From assembly GCA_963717505.1 (NCBI GenBank), contig OY970342.1:3328001-3392000 (forward strand): a stretch of DNA of 64,000 bases. Direction: 5' to 3'. The notes below the pieces were generated by a model, which was not told the DNA's origin, did not search any database, and saw only the letters and a program-made list of their open reading frames with translations. Below, piece by piece: positions 12,591-24,317 of this stretch (position 1 is its first letter; each line of letters opens with the position of its first letter). The DNA is from Candidatus Eiseniibacteriota bacterium (GTDB lineage Bacteria; Eisenbacteria; RBG-16-71-46). Both the position numbers and the translations under genes were made by a program.

Positions 12591-13097
12591 CAGGGCCTCC
12601 TGTGGAGTGCGGGATCGCCACAAAGCGGAGGCTCGCGCGGGGTGCGCAAGCGCTTTTGAGGTAGCAAAAGGCTACGTTGCGCATGGCACCTGACAAAGCA
12701 AAATATCCATCTCGAGCGCTCGATACAGGCTCATCGATGTCAATTCATGCGATGCAAAAAGTGACAACGCTGATTTCATCTCCGTTTCTCCGTTCGAGGA
12801 GATCAAACTCGAATCGGAGCGATAGCGAGATGCACTTTTAGAATCCGCGGGCAACGCACCGTGCGGTGGGAGGTTGCGGCGGCCCGGACTCGCCGTGAGT
12901 GATTCGTCGATCACTTCGATCTGCTCGCGGATGGTCGCGTCGCGATGAGACGCGACGGGCAGGATCCTGCATCGTGTTGTGCCGGTTGGCCTCGAACCAA
13001 TCGTGCCGTGTTTTCTAAAGTGAACCGCCCAATCTCTGGCCGCTCGCCGCCGCGGGGGAGCGCGGGCTCGAAACCCGACCTGAGGTAGACTCCCGCG

Positions 13098-16175
<3,078 letters not shown>

Positions 16176-16221
16176 CCAGGTTTCGAGAGAATCCCCTAGG
16201 CGGTAGCGGCACCAAGTCACA

Positions 16222-16267
16222 CCGCCCGTCCTGCGCAGGGCCCGCTCGTCCGCCCGGCGGCCCGTCG
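16222..16267 (+). promoter_or_regulatory. Direct repeats, putative LytTR operator
   Basis: CCGCCCGTCC (16222), CCGCTCGTCC (16242) and CGGCCCGTCG (16258) upstream of the hydrolase-LytS-LytTR operon. Confidence 0.45.
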
Positions 16268-16340
16268 CTACCAATCCTGCACCTTTAGACCTTCTTTGCG
16301 CGTTGAATGGAGCAACCTTTCAACCCAAAGGAGGATGGTC

Positions 16341-17303
16341 ATGAACCGGTTCACGGAAAGCAGACTCGTCACCATGGCCTCGGTACTGGCCGCCGCAATC
16401 ACGACCCTGATTGCCATCCCGCTGCCCCAACCGCTGGTTGCCGCGGTTTCTGCCAGCCGCTACGAGAACCCCGTCCTGCGCGTCGATGTGACAGGCAAGG
16501 GACGGCCGATGGTGCTGATCCCGGGGCTCACCTGTTCGGGCGACGTCTGGCGCGATGCGGTGTCGCGGTACTCGGACCGCTACGAGTGCCACGTCGTGAC
16601 CCTCGGTGGCTTCGCCGGGCGCCCGCGCTTCGAGGGCCCGTTCATCGACACGGCCCGCGACTCCTTGCTCGCCTACGTTCGTGCACGCAGACTGGCTCGC
16701 CCTGTGTTCGTCGGTCACTCACTGGGTGGCGTGCTCGCCCTCGAGTTGGCGGCCGCGGCGCCGGACGCGATGGGTCCGTTGGTGATCGTGGACGCGCTGC
16801 CGTTCCTCGGCGGCGCTGGCGACACGGCGGCAACTTCCGAGTCGGCACGCAAAGCCATGGAACCGATGTGGATGATGATGCGCGGTCAAACCCAGGAGGC
16901 CTACGCCGCCTACCAGCGTCAGGCGCCTTACCTCAAGAGCATGGTGGCGCCGGGGCCCAACTACGACCGGGTCGTCGAATGGGCCGCGGCGTCGGATCGG
17001 ATCGCGGTGGCCGACGCCATGTACGACCTCAGCTCTCGTGACCTGCGCGGAAAGCTCACCTCGCTGCGTTCGCCGGTCCTCGTGCTCGGTTCCTGGTATG
17101 GCATGAGGAGCTTCTCGACGCGCGAGGCGGTCGAGGCTACGTTCCGCAGGCAGTACGCTCGGGCGCCACAGTGGCAACTGGCGCTCGCGGACACCGCACG
17201 ACATTTCATCATGCTGGACTCTCCGGAATGGACCTGGACCCAGATGGACGCGTTTCTCGGCGCTGCGGCTTCGAGCGCGCCATCGACCGCGGGCGGGCGG
17301 TGA
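16341..17303 (+). CDS. Secreted alpha/beta hydrolase
   Basis: LIPGL, GHSLGG nucleophile elbow, RHFIMLD; N-terminal signal; SD AAGGAGG. Confidence 0.85.
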   Translation: MNRFTESRLVTMASVLAAAITTLIAIPLPQPLVAAVSASRYENPVLRVDVTGKGRPMVLIPGLTCSGDVWRDAVSRYSDRYECHVVTLGGFAGRPRFEGPFIDTARDSLLAYVRARRLARPVFVGHSLGGVLALELAAAAPDAMGPLVIVDALPFLGGAGDTAATSESARKAMEPMWMMMRGQTQEAYAAYQRQAPYLKSMVAPGPNYDRVVEWAAASDRIAVADAMYDLSSRDLRGKLTSLRSPVLVLGSWYGMRSFSTREAVEATFRRQYARAPQWQLALADTARHFIMLDSPEWTWTQMDAFLGAAASSAPSTAGGR

Positions 17304-17319
17304 CGTCCGCTCGAACGCA

Positions 17320-18363
17320 ATGAAGACCGAAACGCGTCCCAGCCGCGCCTATTGGATCTGTCAGGTGGCCGGCTGGGGCGCCTTTGGCCTGGTTGGCGTG
17401 GGAATGTCCCATGCCTTCGGCTATGGCAGCCCGCGCATGGACGCGACCACGCTGCTGGGTTCAGCGATCGGTGGAATGGCGTCCCACCTGTGGCGCGGCG
17501 TCCTCCTGCGCCGGGGCTGGCTGGCACTGGGATTCGCGCAACTGCTGCCCAGGCTGGTGGCCGGCGTGTTGGTCTCCGCGTTGGTTGCCGAGGTCGCGGT
17601 GTGGCAGGTGGGGCTCCACGTCACTCGCGCGTACACATGGCAGACCAGCACACGCGGGGTGATGTTCGCCACCTCATTCAACTGGATCTTCACGTTGTTC
17701 CTGTGGACCGCCCTCTATGTCGGCAGCCATTGGTTCGCGCGCTGGCGCGATAGCGAGATCCAGCGTCTGCGGCTCGAGGTGCTGGCGCGTGACGCCCAGC
17801 TCGACGCGCTCACGGCCCAGCTCCAGCCTCACTTCCTGTTCAATGCCATGAACGTGCTGCGCGCGCTCATCCACGAAAACCCGGCGCGGGCGAGCGAGTT
17901 GGTCACCGAGCTTTCGGACCTGATGCGCTACGCCCTCCAGGCCGGGCGTCGCGAGCGCGTGAAGCTCGCGGAGGAGCTGGCCACGGTCGAGAGCTACCTC
18001 CGGGTCGAATCGGCGCGCTTCGAGGAACGCCTGCGCTGGCGCGTCGAAGCCGAGGCCGACGTCCGCGACCGGATGTTGCCGCCGATGCTGCTGCAGATGC
18101 TGGTCGAGAACGCCGTCAAACACGGCATCGCCGCCAGCGAAACCGGCGGCGACGTGGTGGTGCGCGCGGAGCTCGTTGACGGCGTGGTTCGGCTGCGGGT
18201 CACGAACCCGGGTCGGCTCGGCGGCTCGGGCGGCACGCGCATCGGGCTCGCCAACGCGCAGGAGCGCCTGCGTCTCCTCTATGGGGGGCGGGCAGCGCTT
18301 CGGCTCACGGCGGTGGACGACGTCGTCGAAGCCGAGGTCACGCTACCGGCGGAGTCGTCGTGA
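17320..18363 (+). CDS. LytS/YehU-type sensor histidine kinase
   Basis: TM N-terminus, QLQPHFLFNAMN, LQMLVENAVKHG, GTRIGLAN. Confidence 0.92.
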   Translation: MKTETRPSRAYWICQVAGWGAFGLVGVGMSHAFGYGSPRMDATTLLGSAIGGMASHLWRGVLLRRGWLALGFAQLLPRLVAGVLVSALVAEVAVWQVGLHVTRAYTWQTSTRGVMFATSFNWIFTLFLWTALYVGSHWFARWRDSEIQRLRLEVLARDAQLDALTAQLQPHFLFNAMNVLRALIHENPARASELVTELSDLMRYALQAGRRERVKLAEELATVESYLRVESARFEERLRWRVEAEADVRDRMLPPMLLQMLVENAVKHGIAASETGGDVVVRAELVDGVVRLRVTNPGRLGGSGGTRIGLANAQERLRLLYGGRAALRLTAVDDVVEAEVTLPAESS

Positions 18364-19064
18364 GGGCGCTGATCGTAGACGACGAGCCACTGGCTCGCCG
18401 CGAGCTGCGCCGGCTACTGGAGGTGCATGCCGAAGTGCAGGTCGTGGGCGAAGCGGGAGGCACGGCGGAAGCCGAACGCCTATTGACGGACCTCGGCCCC
18501 GACCTGCTGTTCCTCGACATCCAGATGCCCGGCCGCACCGGCTTGCAGCTCCTCGAGTCGCTGGACGACGCGCCCCAAGTCATTTTCACAACGGCTCATG
18601 ACGAGCACGCGCTCCGAGCGTTCGAGCTGGGCGCGCTCGACTACCTGCTCAAGCCGATCGCGCCCGCGCGACTGGCCACCGCACTCGACCGGGTGCGACA
18701 GCGACTGGCCACACCTGCGACCAACACCCTGTCCATGAACCGGCCGCTGCTGGTGCGTGAACGCGACCAGGCGTGGCTCGTGACTCTGAACGACGTGTCG
18801 GTGATCGAGGCGGCGGGCAACTACGTTCAACTCCACCTCCGCGAACGCCGGCCGCTCCTGCTCCATGCCCTCGGCGCGCTCGAGCGGCGCCTGGATCCCG
18901 ATCACTTCTTCCGGGCCAGTCGGAGCATCATCGTGAACCTCGACCACGTCGAGCGTTTCGACACCGGCGTTCGGCTCGAACTGATCGCCCACCTGCGTGA
19001 CGGCAGGATCGTCGCGTTCTCCCGACGCCAATCGATGGAGTTCCGCCGGCAAAGGGGTCTGTGA
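18360..19064 (+). CDS. LytTR family response regulator
   Basis: Receiver domain (VDDEPLAR, FLDIQMPG, DYLLKP) plus LytTR domain (FFRASRSIIVN). Confidence 0.95.
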   Translation: MRALIVDDEPLARRELRRLLEVHAEVQVVGEAGGTAEAERLLTDLGPDLLFLDIQMPGRTGLQLLESLDDAPQVIFTTAHDEHALRAFELGALDYLLKPIAPARLATALDRVRQRLATPATNTLSMNRPLLVRERDQAWLVTLNDVSVIEAAGNYVQLHLRERRPLLLHALGALERRLDPDHFFRASRSIIVNLDHVERFDTGVRLELIAHLRDGRIVAFSRRQSMEFRRQRGL

Positions 19065-20176
19065 GCATGGCGAGGATTCCCTTGATCCGACGCATCGTGC
19101 ACATCGACATGGACGCGTTCTACGCGTCGGTCGAGCAACGCGATCGGCCGGAGCTCAGCGGCCGAGCGGTGGCGGTTGGCGGTTCACCTGACTCACGCGG
19201 CGTGGTCGCCGCCGCCAGCTACGAGGCGCGCCGGCACGGCGTTCGGTCGGCCATGCCGATGAGCCGAGCTATCCGCCTCTGTCCCGACCTCGCGATCGTG
19301 CCGCCGGACTTCGCGAAGTATCGATCGGTCTCGCAACAGGTGTTCGCGATCCTCCGCGAGGTCACGCCACTGGTCGAGCCGCTCTCGCTCGACGAGGCCT
19401 ATCTCGACGTGACCGAGAATTCCTGGGGGGAGCCCCTCGGGGTGGATGTGGCGAGGCGGCTCAAGGCCGCCATTCTCGAGATTACCGGGCTCACCGCCTC
19501 GGCGGGGGTCGCACCCAACAAGTTTCTGGCGAAGATCGCTTCGGGGTGGCGCAAGCCTGACGGCCTGACCGTAGTGGCTCCGGAACGGATCGAGTGGTTC
19601 CTCCAGCAGCTTCCGGTGGACGCTCTGTGGGGTGTTGGCCCGGTGACCGCGCAGCGCCTGCGCGCGCGTGGGATCGAGCGCGTCGTCGACATCCGGACAG
19701 CCGACCCCGAAGCCCTACGCGCCACTGTGGGTAGCTCGACCGAATGGCTCCAGCGACTCGCGGTCGGCGAGGACGACCGACCCGTGGAGCCGAACCGGCC
19801 GTCCAAATCGTCGTCATCGGAATGCACCTACCCGGAGGACCTGATCGATCTCGAGCGCATCCGCGACGAGATCGCGACGATGGCGCGGGACAGCGCTCAC
19901 TGGCTCGCCCGCAAAGGGATCGTGGCGCGGACCGTGACGATCAAGGTGCGCTACGGCGACTTCACCACCATCACGCGGAGCCATTCCCAAGAGGCGACCA
20001 GCGATCCGGACGAAATCGTTCAGCGCGCGGTCGCTCTGCTCGACAAGACCGAGGCCGGCCGGCGCCCCGTGCGACTACTCGGCGCCGGCGTCCACAACCT
20101 GCAGCCCCTCGGGGAGTCCCGAGCCGGAGAAGCCACCGACAGCGAGCAACTGCGGTTCGAGGACCCGCCCGGCTAG
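19061..20176 (+). CDS. dinB: DNA polymerase IV (Y family)
   Basis: HIDMDAFYASVEQ, ASYEAR, SLDEAYLD, NKFLAKIAS, KPDG. Confidence 0.95.
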   Translation: MSMARIPLIRRIVHIDMDAFYASVEQRDRPELSGRAVAVGGSPDSRGVVAAASYEARRHGVRSAMPMSRAIRLCPDLAIVPPDFAKYRSVSQQVFAILREVTPLVEPLSLDEAYLDVTENSWGEPLGVDVARRLKAAILEITGLTASAGVAPNKFLAKIASGWRKPDGLTVVAPERIEWFLQQLPVDALWGVGPVTAQRLRARGIERVVDIRTADPEALRATVGSSTEWLQRLAVGEDDRPVEPNRPSKSSSSECTYPEDLIDLERIRDEIATMARDSAHWLARKGIVARTVTIKVRYGDFTTITRSHSQEATSDPDEIVQRAVALLDKTEAGRRPVRLLGAGVHNLQPLGESRAGEATDSEQLRFEDPPG

Positions 20177-20817
20177 CTTCCGAACCGCTCGAAGCGGTAC
20201 GCGATCGCCGGATCGTCGCCGACCTCGTACGCGAGCTGTGCGATGAGCAGCGTGAACGGCTCCGCGTATCGGGCCATCCGCAGTGGGCCAACATCCACCG
20301 GATCGAAGCCCACGTCGCGGATCAGTTCCGCGGCGACCTCCTTGGCCCCGGCGTCGTCGCCGCAGTACAACATGGAGGGTCGGCTCGCCTTGCGCCGAGC
20401 CTCGAACACGCCGAACAGCACCTCGCTGGGCACGGTCCCGAACGCCGAAACGATCCGAGCTCCCGGGACCTTTGTTGCGAGTGCCTCGGCGCCCGACGAG
20501 GTGTGGGCCACGACCAGCGCGCTGTCGTCCGCGCTCATCGGGAGCACGCAGCTGACGATCACCTTGTCCGACACGTCTCCTGCCTGCTTCAACACGTCAT
20601 CGACCCGGGACCAATGAACGGCGAGGAGCAGGACGTCCGCGTCGCGCGTGGCTTCGGCCGGCGTGCCCGCTCGCGCCTTTCCCTGAGCCTCGCGTGCGAG
20701 GCGCTCCAGCTTCTGATCGCTGCGCGCATAGCTGAACACCACGTCATGCCCGGCGCGCGCGAACAGCGTGCCGAGCTTGCCGCCCATCAGGCCGGAACCG
20801 AGAATACCTATGCGCAT
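20173..20817 (-). CDS. NADPH-dependent F420 reductase-like oxidoreductase
   Basis: MRIGILGSGLMG Rossmann motif, SGAE, CGDD..AK, GFDPVDVG. Confidence 0.85.
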   Translation of the reverse strand: MRIGILGSGLMGGKLGTLFARAGHDVVFSYARSDQKLERLAREAQGKARAGTPAEATRDADVLLLAVHWSRVDDVLKQAGDVSDKVIVSCVLPMSADDSALVVAHTSSGAEALATKVPGARIVSAFGTVPSEVLFGVFEARRKASRPSMLYCGDDAGAKEVAAELIRDVGFDPVDVGPLRMARYAEPFTLLIAQLAYEVGDDPAIAYRFERFGS

Positions 20818-20911
20818 GTCGCTTCTCCCGGCGTTATGATCTTCACGTCGATGCGTGCCGTTCGGACGGCTGCTCGGCTCGCCGCACCGGTAATCGGAGG
20901 ATTCTAGCGCG

Positions 20912-21529
20912 ATGTCCAAGCGCGAGCACTGGGAAGGGATCTATCAGCGTAAGGGCTCGGACGAGGTCAGTTGGTACCGCCCGCACCTCGACTGTTCGCT
21001 CCGCTTCATCGACGACGCCCAGCTGCCGCTGACCGCCTCGATCCTCGACGTCGGGGGTGGGACCTCGACTCTCGTCGACGACTTGCTCGATCGGGGCTAT
21101 CGGAGTGTGACGGTCCTCGACCTGTCGGCGAGCGCTATCGATGTGGCAAAGCAGAGGCTAGGCGAGCGGGCGGCAACCGTGACTTGGCTGGTGGGGGACG
21201 TCACGGAGATCGCGCTCCCCGAGCAGCAATTCGATTTCTGGCACGATCGAGCAGTGTTTCATTTTCTCACCGACGAGGCCGCTCGTGGGCGATACGTCGC
21301 GGCGGTTCGCCGCGCGTTGAAACCGAACGGGCATATCGTCGTGGCAACGTTTGGCACTTCGGGCCCCGACCGATGCAGCGGGCTCCCCGTCGTGCGGTAC
21401 AGCGCGGAAGGTATCCACGAGCAGTTTGGAACCGCGTTCAGGAAGGTTGGCGGCGACACCGAGATCCATCACACTCCATGGGGCAACGAGCAGGAGTTCG
21501 TGTACTGCTACTGCCGCATGCCCGGCTGA
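20912..21529 (+). CDS. Class I SAM-dependent methyltransferase
   Basis: LDVGGGTS motif I, WHDRAVFHFL, GPDRCSGLP. Confidence 0.9.
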   Translation: MSKREHWEGIYQRKGSDEVSWYRPHLDCSLRFIDDAQLPLTASILDVGGGTSTLVDDLLDRGYRSVTVLDLSASAIDVAKQRLGERAATVTWLVGDVTEIALPEQQFDFWHDRAVFHFLTDEAARGRYVAAVRRALKPNGHIVVATFGTSGPDRCSGLPVVRYSAEGIHEQFGTAFRKVGGDTEIHHTPWGNEQEFVYCYCRMPG

Positions 21530-21568
21530 CCTCCACTATCGCGGGCTCGAGCACTGACCAGAGCAGCC

Positions 21569-22393
21569 CTACCCCTCGCGCTTCGCCGTCAGGAACACCT
21601 CAGGATCGGCGATCGTGAGCTGGCTGACGCGAGCACCCGCACGGGCGAACGCGATGCGCACCGAAGGCACGCCGCTCGGGAAGAACACGAGCTCTCCCGT
21701 GTGCATGAGCATCCGCCGCGTCCCCCCGGGTCGCTGGATCCCGAGCTTGTCGGACTTCACGTCAACGTCGAAGAGGTCCTGCTCGCCGGTGCCGTACACG
21801 TAGCGCCCCATGACGGCATCCCGATCCGCAGTTTCCAGCGGCCGCGTCGCGGCGCCCTGGTCGGCATCCCCGAGGCCCGCGAGGTAGGCGACGACGGGTT
21901 CCGCGTCCTTGCCGCCGGCCCGCGCGTGATTCATCAACGTGATCCCGTGCGGACCCAGGGTGCGCTGACATCCCGGCACCGCGGTGACGAACGCTTTCAC
22001 CACGTCGAGTTGTCCGAGCATTGCGGCCGAGAAGAGCGTGGGGTGCGCGCCACCGGCCAGGAGCATCAGCGCGATCTCACGGCCTCCCGTGTGTGCTGCG
22101 GCACCCAGCCCTGTCTCCCAGTCACCGAATCCCCAGTCCCAGGAGGCACTCGCCAGCGCGGGCTGGGCCTCGAGCATCTTGCGCACCTCGATCGGATCTC
22201 GATGAGCGAGCCCGACGAACTTCTCGACGACGGCGAGGTCGACCCGGGGGAAGCCCGCATGCAGGATGGAAGCAACCGCCGGCGGTGCCGGCTCGGCGGC
22301 CGTAACCACCGGGTGCAAGCTCCGGGCGACACCGGCGCCGGCGAGCACCGAGACCCCGGCGATGAAGCGGCGGCGCGAAACGGTTCGAGTCAT
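21569..22393 (-). CDS. Tat-exported ankyrin-like repeat protein
   Basis: SRRRF twin-arginine signal; WDWGFGDWETGLGAAAH, TLFSAAMLG and GPHGITL ankyrin-like motifs. Confidence 0.6.
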   Translation of the reverse strand: MTRTVSRRRFIAGVSVLAGAGVARSLHPVVTAAEPAPPAVASILHAGFPRVDLAVVEKFVGLAHRDPIEVRKMLEAQPALASASWDWGFGDWETGLGAAAHTGGREIALMLLAGGAHPTLFSAAMLGQLDVVKAFVTAVPGCQRTLGPHGITLMNHARAGGKDAEPVVAYLAGLGDADQGAATRPLETADRDAVMGRYVYGTGEQDLFDVDVKSDKLGIQRPGGTRRMLMHTGELVFFPSGVPSVRIAFARAGARVSQLTIADPEVFLTAKREG

Positions 22394-22584
22394 GCAAGAC
22401 CTCCCAGGCCGATCTGAGCCCGAAGCCTCGCACAGCCTATGCACCTCGTCGTCGTCCGACGTCCCAGTGCGTGAATGTCCGTGACCAGCGCCCAGCGCAA
22501 CCCAGTGGAGGACCGGCCCGTATGGCCCAGCATGACCGGAGACCGGCGTAAGGGAGTACCTGTTCCGCCCGCGCGGGACCCGCG

Positions 22585-24216
22585 TTGAACGGCCGGAGGT
22601 TACCCTGGCTCGCACTGGTCGCGATCGCGCTCGCCTGGAAGCCTGGGGTCGGCCAGGCTAAAGGGATAGGTGAGGAGTGGGTGGCCAAGTGGCGGTCGGA
22701 CCTGGCTTTCGCGGCCGACAGCCTGCCCCGGACGCACCCCAACTTCTTCCACACGGTCACCCGCCAGGCCTACCGCGCAGCACTCGATTCCCTTTCGAGG
22801 CGCGTGCCCCAGCTCGAGCACCACGAGATCACCGTCGAGCTGGCGAGGATCATCGCGCTGGTCGGCGACGGCCACACGCGACTCACGCTTCCCTTCGATC
22901 CGAGCGCCGGCTTCTTCACCGGTCATTTGTCGACCGCGGCGCACAAAGTCCCGGGGCTCGTGATTCGCCACTACCCGATTCGGCTCGGGCTGTTCGCGGA
23001 CACACTTTGGGTCATTCAGACCGACTCGGCGAATCGCGACCTGCTCGGTGGGCGGGTCGTGACCATCGGGAGCCACTCGGCCGACGACGCAATGGCCGCG
23101 GTCGCGCCGACCGTCCAACGCGACAACGACAGCCAACTCGAGGATCTGCTTCCGACCTGGCTGGTGTGTCCCGAGATCCTCCATGCTCGCGGCGTCGTTC
23201 AAGACATGGAGCGCGCGACAATCGTGGTCGAGCACGGCGACGGGAAACGCGTGACGTCGGCCTTGTCGCCCGTGACACCGGCCAAGCCGGCGCATTGGCT
23301 CGTCGCGCGGGACACGACCTCCTTGCCGCTATGTGACCGGTTCCCCGAACGCAGCCATTGGTTCACACAACTCCCCGGAACTAAGACGTTCTACGCACGC
23401 TATCGCGAGGTACTGGACATGCCGAGCCAGAGCGTCGCCCAGTTCGCCGATTCGCTGTTCGCGGCGTTCGAAGCTGCGCGTGCCGACCGGCTGGTGCTCG
23501 ACCTGCGGGACAACGTTGGCGGCAACGGGTTCTTGAACCGACCCCTGGTCCAGCACCTGATCCGCGAGGAGAGGCTGTGGCAACCCGGCGCGCTGTGGGC
23601 CCTCGTGGATCGCGGCACGTTCTCGGCCGCGGTCATGCTCGCCGCCGACCTGGAGCTGCGCACCCCTGCGCTGCTCGTGGGGGAGAAGACGGGCGGACAC
23701 CCCAATACGTACGGTGATTCGCGGCGCACGGTGCTCCCCAATACCGGCCTGACGGTTCGGGTCTCGAGCCTCTACTGGCAGCTCACCGGGCCGGGGGACC
23801 GGCGAGATGGCATCACGCCCCACATTCCGGTCGAGATGCGTTTCGCTGATTGGCGTGCCGGGCGCGACCCGGCGCTCGACGCGGCCACCGCGCGTGGCGG
23901 AGCCGAGAGCAGCTTCGCCGGATCATGGAGCGGGCAGGTCGGCTGGGAGTACCAGCGGCTGCCGGTACGAATCGACTTCGAGCAACGTGGCCAATCGTGG
24001 AGCGGACGCATCGACCTGCCGGCCGCCGGGATCCAGGGCGTGGCGTTCACCGAGATGCAACTGTCGGATGGCGTGCTCACGGCCCGATGGAGTTCGAATG
24101 GGCAGGGGTGGGCGTTACGCGGGCGGCTCGCCGGAGAGCGAATGGTGGGGCTCCTGCACTACAACGGGCATGACTTCGCCGTTTCCCTGGACTCGATGAA
24201 CTCGTCGACGCCGTAG
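22585..24216 (+). CDS. Secreted S41-family peptidase-like protein
   Basis: Signal peptide, DGHT, LDLRDNVGG, TFSAA, VGEKTGG. Confidence 0.7.
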   Translation: MNGRRLPWLALVAIALAWKPGVGQAKGIGEEWVAKWRSDLAFAADSLPRTHPNFFHTVTRQAYRAALDSLSRRVPQLEHHEITVELARIIALVGDGHTRLTLPFDPSAGFFTGHLSTAAHKVPGLVIRHYPIRLGLFADTLWVIQTDSANRDLLGGRVVTIGSHSADDAMAAVAPTVQRDNDSQLEDLLPTWLVCPEILHARGVVQDMERATIVVEHGDGKRVTSALSPVTPAKPAHWLVARDTTSLPLCDRFPERSHWFTQLPGTKTFYARYREVLDMPSQSVAQFADSLFAAFEAARADRLVLDLRDNVGGNGFLNRPLVQHLIREERLWQPGALWALVDRGTFSAAVMLAADLELRTPALLVGEKTGGHPNTYGDSRRTVLPNTGLTVRVSSLYWQLTGPGDRRDGITPHIPVEMRFADWRAGRDPALDAATARGGAESSFAGSWSGQVGWEYQRLPVRIDFEQRGQSWSGRIDLPAAGIQGVAFTEMQLSDGVLTARWSSNGQGWALRGRLAGERMVGLLHYNGHDFAVSLDSMNSSTP

Positions 24217-24317
24217 GCTGCAGCGGACACGTGGTCCGCAGCTCGGCACGTGGTTCTGGGCCCCCGAGCGCGACCCGTCGCCTCACGCGCAATTCCTCCA
24301 TGCGGTAGATTCCGGCG

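Noticed and set aside
12663-12700. Possible sigma-54 promoter near the DHOR gene
   Set aside because: The minus-strand candidate lacks the -24 GG, and the plus-strand TGGCAC has GG-N11-GC spacing
22480-22660. Another in-frame TGA (GPA*PETG) that might be a Sec codon
   Set aside because: No Cys/Sec motif, no recognisable domain, no clear start, and it overlaps the S41 gene start
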